Both the position numbers and the translations under genes were made by a program. From assembly GCF_016432865.1 (NCBI RefSeq), contig NC_067399.1, forward strand, positions 150,784,001 to 150,848,000: 64,000 nucleotides of DNA. Reading direction: 5' to 3'. The notes under the pieces were generated by a model that saw only the letters and a program-made list of their open reading frames with translations, searched no databases and had not been told where the DNA came from. Positions 1-14,300 of this stretch are shown here, in pieces (position 1 is the first letter of the stretch; every line of letters begins with the position of its first letter). The DNA is from Antechinus flavipes. Lineage: Eukaryota.

Positions 1-26
1 AGAAAGACCCAAGTAATAGCTTATTG

Positions 27-420
27 CTTTTTTGGGTTTTTTTAAAGCTTTATTTTCAAAACATGTGTATAGATAGTTTTCAACATTCACCATTGCAAAA
101 CCTTGGTGTTCCAAATTTTTTCTCCCTCCCTTCCTTCCGTCTCCCTCCTGATGGCAAGTAATTCAATATATGTTAAACATGTGCAGTTCTTCTATATATA
201 TTTCCACAATTATTCTTCTATATATATTTCCACAATTATCATGCTGCACAAGAAAAATCAGATCAAAAAGGGAAAAAATGAGAAAGAAAACAAAATACAA
301 GCAAACAGGAACAACAAAAGTGAATACCTATGTTGTGATCCACACTCAATCCCTACACTCCCCCCTCTAGGTGTAGGATAGATAGCTCTCTCCATCACAC
401 AACCAATGGAACTGGAATAG
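27..420 (-). mobile_element. L1 3' UTR fragment (marsupial L1)
   Basis: T-rich tail followed by the same antisense L1 3' end seen at 53367-53830; contains a 26-bp tandem duplication at 187-238. Confidence 0.8.
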
Positions 421-659
421 GTTATTGTTGATTCCTGTTAAGCATTTTCATTAGATACTTTTCTTCTGCATTGATTATTTAGTTTGATCCTCACAATTGT
501 CCTCTGAGTTAGATACTATTATCTGAGATCAAGAGCAGTTTAGTGCCTAGGGTTCATACAACTAGTAAATATCTAAGGTTGGATTTGAAGCCAGATCTCT
601 GAGAGCTTACTATATTTGTAACCTAGGGTAATGTTCAGTTCTCTAGGCCCTAGCTTCCC

Positions 660-1800
660 CCCCCCCTTTTTTTTAAGTTTAATTTTATTTTGGTTCAATT
701 AAAAATATACCCCTTCTCACTTCCATCATTCCCTTGAAAAAAGAAATAAAAAGCAAAACTCTTGTTACAAACATGTATAATCAGCAGGGAGGTAACATGT
801 TTCATCATGAATCCTTTAGATTCAACTTGGTCATTGTGATCATCAGAATTCTTAAGTCTTTCAATAATTTTCTTAAAACATTGTTGTTTTATATATCATT
901 CTCCCTATTCTGCTTACTTTACTCAGCATTAGTTAGTTCATACAAGTCTTTCTAGGTTTCTCTGAAACATTTCCCTTCATCATATCTTAGAACATATTCG
1001 TAATCCATACCATGCTTTGTCCAGCCAGTCTCCAATTTATAGGCATTCTCATTTTTCTAGTTCTTTGCTACCACATACATAGAAAAAAAGAGTTGTTACA
1101 ATATTTTTGTACATATGGGCTGAGACATATGGTAGCTCAGTGGATAGAATGCTAGGCCTGGAATCAGGAAGACTCATCTTTCTGAGATTAAATCTGGTTT
1201 CAGACAATAACTATATGACTCTGGGCAAACCACTTACCCCTCAGTTTCCTTATCTATAAAATGAGCTGGAAAAGAAAATAGCAAAGTACTCCAATATCTC
1301 AGCCAAGAAAACCTCAAATGTGGTCAATGAAGTGTCAGACACTTCTGAACAAACATATGGTTCTTTTTTTTTTCTTTTTCTGGTCTCTGAAATATAGACC
1401 TAATAGTGGTTCTCTCTGGGCCATAATGCAGTGTCTTAAAGTATTACTGAATCTCATAATTGGAAGGAATCTCTGAGAACATATGGTTCAACTTTTGTTT
1501 TTTCTATTGTCCTTTCTCTTTGCGTCTTCTCTCCATCATAAGTCCATTGGAATTGGCTTGAATCACCTCATTGTTAAAAAGATCTGTCCATCAGAATTGA
1601 TCATCACATAATCTTGTTGCTGTGTACAATGTTCTCTTGATTCTATTCGTTTCACCTAGCATTCATGTCAAGTCTTTCCAGGCTTTTCTGGAATCAGCCT
1701 GCTCATTATTTCTTAAAGAACAACAATATTCTATTATGTTCATATACCATAATTTAATTTAGTCATTCCCAGATTCCCCACTCAATTTCCAGTTGGAGGT
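660..1800 (-). mobile_element. Older L1 3' UTR fragments, interrupted by a SINE
   Basis: Antisense L1 3' motifs (catcagaattgatcatcacataatc, ttctttgctaccac). Confidence 0.6.
1119..1352 (+). mobile_element. MAR1-type CORE-SINE with target-site duplication
   Basis: tRNA-like head, CORE, RTE-like tail; flanked by acatatgg at 1111-1118 and 1353-1360. Confidence 0.75.
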
Positions 1801-2905
1801 TGATTTTTTTTAAAAATGTAAGTGTAGTTTATATTTATTACTGTTTAATATTCTATATACTTTTTGTCAATTCATTTCATTTTGTCATTTACATATTGGA
1901 TCTGCATGCCATCTATGCCTTTATTCTAGTGATTGACAAAATTCTTGATTAGTATAGGGCCCTGAAACTATCTACTAGAGACTCTTTTGAAATTTATATC
2001 AAACCATTAATGATTACTCATTAGATTCAGCCCATTCAAAAAGTTTTCTACCTTCCTAACTAAACAGTTGTTGATCCTACAGTTTTCTGTATGAATAGCA
2101 TTATAGAATTTTGATAGATGGTTTACTAAAAAAGTATGTAAATAATCTACAGTATTCCATTGACTTATCAATCTGATAACATTAGCAGAATAGGAAGTGA
2201 AGTTAGTTTGGTATGACTATTCTTGAATTTTTTCCTCCTTTTTAAAAAAAAGATTTCTATTCTTTATATGCTATACAGAAAAACTATCTGTAAATACTGT
2301 TTTAAATCAAAGCTGTATGCATTTGAGTTGATATATATATTCATGACACTTACTTTAATGTTAGAGCTTTACCAGAAATGTGAAATATTTATTCATTTTC
2401 TTCAACCATGGTTGTAATTTTTTAAAAATACAATTTCGTTTTTTAATGCATTTTGATAAATTTAGTATCATTCATGATTTTTAGCATTTTCTTTTTTTCC
2501 CTCAATAGTATTTTATTTTTCCAACTACATTCAAAGATGGTTTTCAATATTTATTCTTGAAAGATTTTGAGTTCCAAATTTACTCCCTCTTCCTCTCTTA
2601 ACTTTCCCTTCTCAAGACAGCAACCAGTCTGATATGGTTTATATATTTTTAGCATATTCTAAAACAGTATTTTTATAATACCAAAACAAGGTAGCCAAAA
2701 TATGTAAATAGTTTCATATCTATAATATGCTTTTCTTTTCTAAAATTTGGTGATTCTATAATTCTTTAACAATGTCTGGTATATAGTAAGTGCTTATTAA
2801 GTGCTTATTGGTTCATTGATTGGTTAATTTTAAGATGAGCTACTGATAGTTCCTTCAAGCAATATTTATTTGAATTTTTTTTATTTTTATGAAAAATGAG
2901 ATTAT

Positions 2906-3160
2906 CTAGGCGCAGCTAGGCACAGTGGATAGAGCACTGGGCCTAGAGCCATCAAAACCTGAATTCAAATCCAAGCGTAGACACATAACTTTATCAATAT
3001 AATCTAGAGCAAGTTACTTAACCTCTATTTGCCTCAGTTTCCTCAACTGTAAAATGGGGATAATAATAGTCCTGACCTCTCAGGATTGTTGTGTGGATCA
3101 ATTGTGATAATATTTGTAAAACACTCAGCACAATGCTTATCACATAACAAGCATCATAAT
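2906..3160 (+). mobile_element. MIR/CORE-SINE
   Basis: gcagctagg..cagtggatagagcactgggcctagag head; cctcagtttcctcaactgtaaaatgggg CORE. Confidence 0.75.
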
Positions 3161-4054
3161 GCTTGTTTTTTTTGTTAGCCATTATTATTATTATGCATTG
3201 ATTTATAGTCATTGGGATTGATCCCATTAATGTTAAACTTTGAAGCCTGACTTTTCCCAAGCTAATAGAGTAACACTTAGTTCAGAAAAATAAAGTTAAC
3301 ATTGAATATCTTAAATAATTTTCAAGTGTCAGTGGACCACTAGAAAGAGGTGTTTATACCTAGAAAGTTGTTATTTGCTGGTTACAAAAATTTTAATTTT
3401 TTTCTAAAAGGCTTAAACACGTACACTTTATTTTTGTAAATAAAATCATTAATCCATTTATAGAATATAATGTCTTTAAACATATCTGTAAATTTCTATA
3501 AATAAGAGACTTTTCATACATTTTGTTTTTGTGCTACTCTATGCTTTTCTCATTTTGAAAGTGGGCTTTGTATTGTCTCAAAGCAATATAATCCTTTTTA
3601 TTTGTGTTATTGTATGCCATACAATGACCAAAAATGAAAAATAGATGCTATAACAAGAGTAATCATATATTTTAATGATCACTGAAACCTGTGAGATAGT
3701 TTTTGGTAAAGTGAGGTAAATGATCTCTAAGGTTTGTTACAGCTTTGTCGGTTGAGTAAAGGTTGTTTAATTTATTTTATTTCTGTTCTCAGCATCTAGA
3801 ACAGAATTGGCACATAGTAGATGCTTATTGCTCATTGATGATTGATTAGTATATATATTCTCCTCCATCATAGCTTTACGAAGTATATAATTTAATAATT
3901 TGAAATTACTTTTGTGTAGTATGATTGATAAACCAAAATAAACATGTACTTACCATGTTTCCCCACCCTTTTCACAAAGGAGAAACAAATTACTAGGCCA
4001 TACTATATTTAATAGAAAATTAAAACAGAAATTTTTATTGTCCTTTTCATATAG

Positions 4055-4307
4055 CATGGACATTTATCAGGAAACTACATGATATCACAGAAAGGTCAAC
4101 ATAATAAAAAATCAAAAAATAAAGATTATGATGAGTATAGTAACTACAGCGATGACAACTTTGATAACTACAATCAGGAAACAGAAGAAGATTTTGCTGA
4201 TCAGCTTAAACAATACAGACAAGCTAAAGAAACCTCAAACCCTGCTTTAGGATCACCGTATCATAAAGAATCAGGGAAAAAACAGGGAATGAAAGGAGTT
4301 CAGCCAG
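4055..4307 (+). CDS. ZC3H6: ZC3H6 coding exon (about exon 4 by recalled human numbering), HGHLSGNY...KGVQP
   Basis: ttttcatatag acceptor, G|gtaagt donor; 253 nt, phase 0 to 1; overlaps ORF 4079..4351. Confidence 0.95.
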
Positions 4308-5330
4308 GTAAGTACAAAAGTAAAACAAAATCTGTCAGAAGTACTTTTTAATAGCAGAATTAAGGAGTCAGGTCTTGGACTTGATCCAGATATAAACTCC
4401 AAGGCCAGAGATATAATGAGACAGTAGTTTTGGGTAGTTTTCTAGTTAGGAGATGGCCTATATAGTTTGTTTTTTTTTAATATGGATAATTAAGCTTAAT
4501 GCTACTAGTCTATCTTTTTTCTTACTCTATATCAATAAATTATGTATGCACATCATTTATCTTTTTTATGTGACTATATTGTTCATTGATGAAGTATGAA
4601 GTAAGTATATAATATGAAATAGGAGATTTTGGACCCTTGAATGATACTGGAAAAGTTTTTTGTTCCAAACCCAAATTTAATTAGTATAAGGAACTCATGG
4701 TAAGGAAACTCCCTATAGTTATGTAGATTTACAACTATTCTGAAACTTATAATCTTAGAGAGCAGTCTATAGGTAACAGTTAACCTTACTGATAAATCAG
4801 ACTCCTGTTACCTCAGTTTTATGGACTATTCCTCTTTTGTTTTGTTCTATGCTCTTTTAGCTTTGTTAGCAAAAACAAAAATTTGCTGTTATTGAACAAT
4901 GTCAAATGAATTTTAAAATCAGTTTCTTTAAACAGCTTTTTTAAGTTAGAAAAAAAAGGAAGAACTGATTTGCTATTTAATATTTTTCATTATCCACTTT
5001 TTTTCATGTAACAATAATGTAATGCAGAAAAGTTCTATGTCAATTAGATTCTTGTAAATGCTATTTTACATGAATGGCAGAACTTAAGATTTCAGGAGAA
5101 TATTATAATTACTCTTATATAAAGAGAATCATTTTATATCATGAAGTATCACCCTCTTGATATAACAAATAAATGTGTTTTTGTTCATCAGCTTTTCTTG
5201 AAGCAAAAATACCCTGGTATTGTTTTTGTATATGCAACAATATAAAAAAATGAAGAAAGCATTATAAATCACAGATGATTTGATGGTTCTGCTGCTAACA
5301 AATTTGTATGCTGTTTTTCTCTTGCACTTG

Positions 5331-5376
<46 letters not shown>

Positions 5377-8300
5377 TTAGTTGAGCAAAGGAATAAAAGT
5401 TACAGTGTTTGTCGCGGACGTGGTATGCCGAAAAAACTGAAGCGCAAAGAACGTGGCAGAGGGAGAGGCAGTAAAGGACCTAATACTTTTTCTGGAACAG
5501 ATGGCTTTCAAGAGGTAATAAAAATGTGTATGTTAAAAAGAGGAGATGCTAAGTTCTTTTTTCTAAATGCAAAAATGTATTAACATTTTAAGTCACACAG
5601 CAACATAAAAGACCATAAATAAGAAGGAAATTATGTTTTATTTCAATTTTGGTGTTTTCATCAGATAAAATATTGTGATAGACTTCTAAATTGAAGGGAA
5701 AAATATCACTTCAAAATAAGTGGAATTGAGAAGCAATATGGCATGATAGATGGAGGCCTGACCTTTAAAACAGAAATATCTGTGTTCAAGTCCTACCCTG
5801 ACACATTCTGACTCTGGGGCTCTGGCCAGTCATTTGATCTTTCTCATTTGATCTTTCCATGCACTAAACAGCTTTGTAAAAATATATTACAGAGGAACTG
5901 CTGACTTGCATTGGTATAGGGAATTTCCTCACCTAGGAATTCCATATACCAGTGAAATCACAGGTTTTCTATCCTATTTATTCCTATCCTGTATTTAAAA
6001 TTAAAGTTGAAAATCCTTATGCCTTAGTTTTTTTGTTTTTGTTTTTTTTTCCCCTTTTCTCAAATATGATGACTGGAAAAGACATGCTAAAGCCTGCTGT
6101 AATGGTAGAACCTTAAGGATGGAATCTAAAAGAAAGTATGGATCCCATTATCATCAAAGTAATAAGCTTCAAGTCAGAAAGAGCAGAAACCAGCTCTTCC
6201 AGCCCCCTCTTAGTCATATTATCCCTGAATTCACTTTTTTCACCAAATTAACAGTCAGTATTTAATTTCATTATTTTATACTTTTTTAAACCAGTATTAT
6301 GGCTGTAAGATGGTAGTTTAAAGGTTTTTATTTTACATTTCTCAGATTAAGAACAATTTCAGAATAATTTTTTAACATTTTACTTTTCTCTCAAATTTTT
6401 TCTTATTTTCTAGCTATCAATGAGGAAATATGTATTATTTTTGTAAATTTGTTACAGTTCCTCATAAATTATTTGTTAGAATTTTATCCATTATATTCAC
6501 CATTATATTTACTTCCCTGTTTTATTCACTATTTTTATAATCCCTTTTCTTTTTATTTTTACAACATATTTTTATATTTTTGTTTTGAATTGTAAAGAAT
6601 ATGAGTGGTTTAATATTCTGAAATGTGAGACTCAAGGTTTCCATTTCTAAAATAATTATTCTGGTCACATGAAGGAATGGGTTAAAACTCTACATCTGAC
6701 AGAATCTTTCAGTCATTGCGGAATAATGTAAAAAGTGCTGGACTTGGAGTTAAAAGATTGGATTTGAAGTTGTGCTATTTACTTCCTGCATGTCCTTGGG
6801 CAAGTTAGTTAAACTTTCTCTTAGATTCCTTTTCTGTAAAATGACTATTAAGTTCCCTTGCAATTCTAAATTTTCAAGCACTGTATGAGTCTAGAACTAA
6901 GATCTATATTTTGGTCTAAATATATAAGTAGCTTCATATTCTAGATGTTAATTAGAAAATTCCAGTGTCTTTATACTCAAGCCTGAGAGACTCATCAGAA
7001 TTCTTTTGAATTCCCTGAGTAAAAAAAAATATTTTATTTAGGAGTGGTAAATAGCATCAGATTATTCTAAAACCCATTATAAAAGTATTTGGAAGATCAT
7101 TATTGTTGGGGGGGGGGGGAGGATTCTTAGTAAATATATGCCTTTGTCATGGTACTGCCATCTCCTGGTAAATTAAGGAACTAAATACAACTTTAAAGTT
7201 AGAGCAAAATTTGATCAAATAGTTATTGAGCCCTTACTATCAATTATATCAACACCTTTATTCATATTTACATTCTTGTTATAAATTGAACAGAAGACAC
7301 AACAAATACTAAGTAAATGGAAAGATATTTCATTGACTGCCCTTCTAAAGGCAAATGAAGAAGTCGGAAGAGTTGATTTATTATGTGTTCAACAGTAATT
7401 CAAAAACATATTCAGCACTGGTCACTGTTTATGATGAACATAAACAAACAACTATTAAGGTAATTATAGTCATATGTGCCAAGGTCCATTTTAGAGATTA
7501 AGTAAAGAAATTAAATGTGGAATTTTACAAACTCCTCTACATATCAAGTTACATTTATTAACACTTAGTAACTTCAAGATGTAAATGAGCACAAGGAATT
7601 ACAGCAAAAGCTTCATTGGAAAATAAGATTCTGGATCAAAGAGGATTAGAGGTCAAAGGATTATAACCTATCAAAAGGCTTTACACTTAAACATTATGAA
7701 TATTTTAACTAGCTACCAGAACACCAAATGACATTAACCAGATCTTGAAATAAGAAGCAGCTGGTTGGAAGTGAAACCATCATTTCAAAATCTCTCTATT
7801 AAAACCATCTTCTAATTGGAGCAGGGCAAATTAGAAGAAAATTTAAACAATGAAAAGGTACTGTATATGATAACAGTAGCTCCAGTCCAATCTCTTTATA
7901 CAAGTAATAGATTCTGAAAAATGGAAACAGAAAAAATGTAAAAATACTGTTTCTAATTAACTTTTTCTGAAGAACTTTATCTTATATGGATTATGAAATA
8001 GTTGCTACAAGAAAAGAGCCAAAAAAAAAAAAAAAACCCAAAACTACCTTAGCCTGCAAAAGCATTTAATCTTTTTGCTCATTAGAGAGATATAGCAAAC
8101 AAGGGCATATATCTATTTTCTACTATTCTCTTTACAGATTTTTTAATTGTCACCTCTAATGACCTGTTCTTGGTCTCAATCTTATTTGACTTTTCTGCAG
8201 CATTTAACACTATTGATCTCTCATCTTAGATTCTTTCTTCTCTCTTGTCTTCATGACTTTGCTCTCTCTTGCTTCTCTTCCTATCTGTCTGATAACGTCT

Positions 8301-11260
8301 TAACTTCCTTATTTGAATTATCATCCACATAAATACCCCCAACTGTGGTTGTACCCTCAAAGCTTTTTCTTTAGCCCTCTTTTCTTCTCTCTTGATCTCA
8401 TCAACACACACAGATTTATTATAACTATGAAGATAATGCCTAGATCTTCATATCGAGTACTATCTTCTCTAGAGTTTAAGAGGCAGATCTGCATTGCCAA
8501 CTACCTATACGATATTTTTACCTCATTGTCCTGGAGGCATATCAAATTTGCCATCTCCAAAACTGATTACCTTCCTGCCCCTGAGCCTGCTTCTCATCCT
8601 AACTTCCCTGTTACTGACATGGACATGGACATGACATCTACTTACCCTGGGGCCATTCTCAACTCCTTATTCTAACTTTCCCTATTCAGTCAATTGCCAA
8701 ATTTTCAATCACTCAAAAAACATTAAGTTCTAATATGTGTATTTTCTTTCTTTACAACATTTTCCCTACATTTATCCCCTTCTCTACAACTACATAATCA
8801 CTACCCTAGTTCAGTCCCTTATTATCATTTGCCTGGATTATTGCAATAGCCTTTATCTCTCTATCTCAAGTCTCACCTCACTTCAATCCACCTTCCACAC
8901 AATTGGTAAAATTTTCCTAAAGTGTATCATTCAGTCAGTAAACATTTATTAAGCAGCTACCATGCCAAACACTGTGCTATATCCCGAGGATACAGATTTA
9001 AAAAAAAAAAAAATTCAGTCTCTCCTCTCAAGCTCATACAATCTAATGAAGAAATCACACAAAAGGAAGCGAAAAAGGAGATTAAGTTTTGGAGTATGGG
9101 GAAGTCAAAGATACCCAGCATGGGATGACTTGGCAGAGTCCATTATGGGAAATGAATAGATAACTTGCCTAGAAGATTTCTTGAAATGGAGGCTTTGAGA
9201 GGAGTTCTTTGCTTTTCCCTCCAGCTTTTTGGGTTATTCCTATGAGGCAGAAGCTACTGATGAGGTATAAGCAGTCCCTGAAAGATAATGTTTCCTGCCG
9301 CTGAGATATCCAAGGAGAAATGATCATGATGGAGTCTAATTCAAGAAAGTACAGATGATAAAAAATGAAGGATTGGCTAACTTAGGAACCCTCCTTAAAT
9401 GGAAGATTGGAAGAAGTTTCTTGCTCTGTCCTCTAGTCCTCTACTCAAAGGTTATTAATGAGATCTGAGTACAAAAACTGATGTAATATCACAGAGTGAT
9501 GAATTTCCTGATGATGAGCTAAAAACTATATCATATCTAGGATAAAATATAAACTCCCTATTTGCCATTTAATGCTCTTCACAAGCTGATCCCAACTTTC
9601 TTATATATTACTCCCCTCCATGCTTTCTGTAGCCAGCCATATTAGATGTCCTCATTCATTTCCTATCTCTGTGCCCTTGCCTTGACTGCACTTTATGCCT
9701 GAAATGTTCTCCCTCCTCACCTCCTATTAGAATCCCTAGTTTTCCCTCAAAGTTCTACTCACATTTCCCAATTCTTCAAAGATCATACTATCCTCCCACC
9801 CACTAGTGCTTTCCCCTCCAAGATTATATGTTTTGTGTGTGTATTGCATATTTGCTTATACACATGTCATATTATTAAAATGTAAGTTTCTAGAGATCAG
9901 GGATTGTTTCATTTTTGTCTTCATATCCCCAGTACTTAACAGAGTGTATAGCATGTAATAGATATTCAATAAATGTTTATTGAATGATGAAATAGTCTGA
10001 TTTTCACAACTCCAGAGGGATGAATAGAAGATTATAAATAGTATTGATTGGGGGAAAAACCATGAAAAGTTAAGAAAAAGAATCTAAACTTAACTTAATT
10101 TAAAATCCAGCTAAGCTTATTTATCCTGAAATCATTTATAGAATAGATGATGTTTTCCACTGTTTCTAATTCTCTAGTCTTACCAACAACAGTGAAGCTA
10201 CCTTATTTGAATTCCTGCCACTTCATTATCTCATGCATGTATTATGTAAGAAAATAACAATGACATTTGAAAAAATTAAATTGAGAAGAGAAGATAGACC
10301 AGACCAAGCACAATGACCAAGAATATATTCATTCTGGATTCAATAAAATTGTAAAGATACTCATGGATACTCAAGATAACTCAAAAAAGAGAAGATTCCA
10401 AAAGAGTTGAAAAGATTATAGCTTTAAAAATATCTAGAAGACATCAATAATTACTAACCTCCATACCTGCTTTTTCATTTCTATAAAATGAGAGTGGCTT
10501 TTGAAAACATTGAATATCTTCTTGCTGAAAACATAAGAAGGAAACAGGCAAGTTTGGAAGATATCTTATAGCAAAAAAGTTGACTGACTGAAAGGTGTAG
10601 AGTATACAATGTATTTTGGGGGTTGAAGATAATATTTGACAAGAAAATGAGGGCTTTTCTCAGCAGTGTGCCTCATGTATATATCTGAACTATGCAACAC
10701 TTCATGATGGACATAATTTGAGAAATAACTTGGTTCAGTGATCATTTGAATATTTTATCAATTGGTAGACATTTAATAAATGCCTTTTATTTGCTGAATG
10801 TTGAATAAAGTATATTAAATATGAAGAGATATGGTTTTTCCATGTCATAGATGATGTACTATGCAGTCATCTTATCAATAACTTATTTATTAAAACCTTA
10901 AGATTTAAAAAAGGACTTTACTTACAACAATTCTGAAAGATATTCCGGTACTATAACATATAGATGAGGAAACTTGAGTTTCAGTGATGGGAGATACCCA
11001 TGATAACATAAATAACTAATAAGTATCAGAGCTAAAGTTCTATCCTCCAACTTCAGTTCTAGCATTTTATGTTACCCAGTCTCTCTTAACAAAAATATTT
11101 TTTCCTATTCATTGATAACATCCTTCTAATTTCATTAATTTCCCTAAATGCTACAAATTCTTCCCCAAGTAAATCCACAGTAATGTAATTGGCCTATACA
11201 ATTAGTCTTTTATATTGGAAAAATACATCTTGCTTAGATTGATATAAATAAACATTTTAT

Positions 11261-11303
<43 letters not shown>

Positions 11304-14300
11304 CTATATAAATATGCTTAGTGCTACAGTGCTATAATGAGCTGGAAGAAGGAGTTGGGTTGATTTAGAGCTTAAAAGTCTTTATTAGATTTCTCTCTGA
11401 TTGAATTCCTTTTTTCCTTCTAATCAATAATTAGGTTGATTTAGTACTTTCAGTCCCAAGTTGCTCAGTATCTCATAAGTCCATCTCCAAATATATTCTC
11501 TGAACAGTTCTGTATTACTGTATGCCATAAAACAATAGGATCTCAAAACTAAAATCTCTACGCTGCAAATAATCATAGAAATATAGATAATGAATATTAG
11601 TTGGCTTTCAAGTATATTGTTGTTGAAATCCTCAAGAAATAATAAAATGTGGTGATCGTCTTCTTTAAAATGTAAGAGTTCTCTCTGGGAGCAGGTTTCT
11701 TGGGGAGGTTTTCTGGAGGCAGCCTTAGTTTCGGTTAAAAGTAATAATCATCTCAAACGTAGCTAGCTGATAAAATGCAAATGTTTATTTGCTCCTTCCT
11801 TGGGCCCGGGTAACTTTCTTAGAGCCTATCTCTCTGCTTGGTTCCAAGAGCTCCTTCCGAATGTCTCCAAATCCAAAGGTTTGTCCTTCAGCCTCCAGCC
11901 AGCACAAAGATGGAAAATGGAATGGTTTTGCAAAGTGCTTTACAAAATATTCTCATTTGATCCTCACTAAAACCTTTTAAGGCAGTGCTGTTCTGTCTCA
12001 TTTTACTGATAAGAAAACTAAATTAGTGGTTAGTGAAAGGTAAGAGATATTATTTTACTTATTTTATAGACGAGGAAACTGAAGCAGATAGGTTAAATCA
12101 CTTGCTCAAGGTCCCACAACTAATACATATCAGAGGCTGGATATGAACTCAAGTTTATATGATTACAAGTTCAGCATTCTCTCCATGTTATCACCTACCT
12201 GCCTCTAATAGTTTAAAAGTCAAGTCAGTCAATAAATCTTTACTATGTGCCGGGCATTGTGTAAAACACAAAGAAAATGTAATGTGTCATATTGATTTTC
12301 AAAAGATAATTAAGGAGGCAGCTAAGTGGTTCAATGAATAGAGTACCAGCCCTGAAGTCAGGAGGACCTGAGTTCAAATCTGGCTTCAGACACTTAACAC
12401 TTCCTAGCTGTGTGATTCTGGGCAAGTCACTTAACTCTAACTGCTTCAGCAAAAATAATAATAATAATAATAATTAAAAGAATAAGAGGAAAGAACTATA
12501 GTAGTTGAATAGATGGAGAGTATTCCAAAAATATGAACAGAAGTCAAATAGAATAAGAATGTATGGAGTAGTTTCAGAATGTATTGATGAGAAAAATACC
12601 AATATTAATAAGATCACCAACCCATCAAATTACTTCTTTAGAGTTCTTGATATTAACTCTATTAAAATTAACCAAATTACAAGAGACTTCATTCTCTCTA
12701 ATTAAATGTAGAGTCAGAATTTTCCATTTTGATGATTTTTGTTTCACTATAGTAAAGAACTATTATAAATATTGAACTTTTTAAATGAAAGTTTAATAAC
12801 TGAACATGCTTTTTGTATATTTAAATGGATTTTTTTTATTATAGGATGGTAAACCTGTTAAAAAATGGGTGAATATGAGTCAAGAGTTCATAAACCAGCA
12901 CACAGTAGAACACAAAGGAAAACAGATTTGTAAATATTTTCTTGAGGGGAGATGTATAAAGGTAAAGATTTCATTTAAAAATACTTATATTTCTGTTTGA
13001 ATTTCTACATAATTATTAAATTTTAAAAATATCTCTTTTGCCAATCTATAACTCTTTCATTTTATTATAAGAAATGTCTTCTATTAAGGAATTTTTAGTA
13101 GCAATTGTATTGTATTGTTGCAGTAAAACTTATTAACCTTTCACAATGCCAAACCTTATATAATTTGCAAAAAAGTAAAGGTAAAACAGTTTATGAAATT
13201 TAGCTTTATAAATTGCCATCTATTCTTTTTTGATATTTAGCTAGTTTTTTGTAGTATTAGTAACTCTTAATTATTGGAGTATTGTTAAGATTTTATTATA
13301 ATGTCACAATTAAGTTATTCAATTTTCATTTTTTTCCTCTTGCATAACAGGGCGACCAGTGCAAATTTGATCATGATGCAGAGTTGGAGAAAAAAAAGGA
13401 AATCTGCAAATTTTACATACAAGGATATTGCACCAAAGGAGAGAATTGCATTTATATGCATAATATCCTTTGTTGAAAAGAAAAAACTAAAAGATTAAGA
13501 ATGGAGTTGGTAGGGGTGAGTGAGGAGCAGAGGAAAGCTCAAGCCTTTTTTTTTTTTTTTTTTTTTAAAGTACTTGAATATAGTTAATAATGGTTTGATT
13601 CTAGGTTTGGGAAGCATATGCTACATAAACTATGTAATTAGCCTTTATATTTAATTGAATATTTTGAATTTCATAAATATTATTGATTAGAAGGAAAAAA
13701 GGAGTTCTTTCAGAGAGAAATCTAATAAAGACTTTTCAGCTCTAAATCTCTGATCCAGTGAATCCTTTCTATTCAAAATGATCAAGGTAAAGTTTTGATG
13801 GAAGTTTTCTATTTGTACCAGGAAAAATTGTCCTAACATTTGTTATGTAACTTTATAACATATTGAATCCCTTTAACTTTTCCATAACTTATAGAAATGT
13901 GTTGAACACTTACTTTTCACATGTAAGAAAGCTTTATATTATTATAGAAAATGACACTTTCGCATCTAATCTGTGTTCAATTTAAAAAGGTATTTTTCTA
14001 GTTATACCAGAATAAAATGGATGTTAAAGAAAAATATTAGAAATCATATTTTGCAAGTTTTTTTGTTAGCTACTTAACTATTTAAATTAAGCTTAACTTA
14101 AAGCTATTTCAATGAATATTATAGTCATAACTATTGCATTTTTATATATAATTGTATAGTTATAAGTCATGAAGTAGCCAATAAAATCTTATAGAAATGT
14201 GTTTTCTAATACTTTTTATTAGAAATATGTAAACATTTAAATTCTGAGTTAAATACTACATCTAGATAAAATATATATTTAGTTGTCTTTTTTTTTTAAA

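Noticed and set aside
187-238. 26-bp perfect tandem duplication (similar short ones at about 5831-5858 and 44572-44614)
   Set aside because: Ordinary slippage duplications inside repeat or intron sequence, with no sign of function.
103-381. ORFs in L1 3' UTR fragments (also 53491-53736, 51947-52276, 55874-56161)
   Set aside because: Chance open frames in non-coding L1 sequence; the identical peptides at 53115 and 57045 simply reflect the DNA duplication.
12314-12390. tRNA-like A/B-box sequence (also at other SINE heads)
   Set aside because: SINE heads continuing into CORE and A-tail; no cloverleaf, so not tRNA genes.
13868-13894. Second U12 branch-like motifs (tccctttaac, tccataac) inside the AT-AC intron
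   Set aside because: Mismatched to TCCTTAAC, in AT-rich sequence where such matches are expected, and they give no in-frame product.
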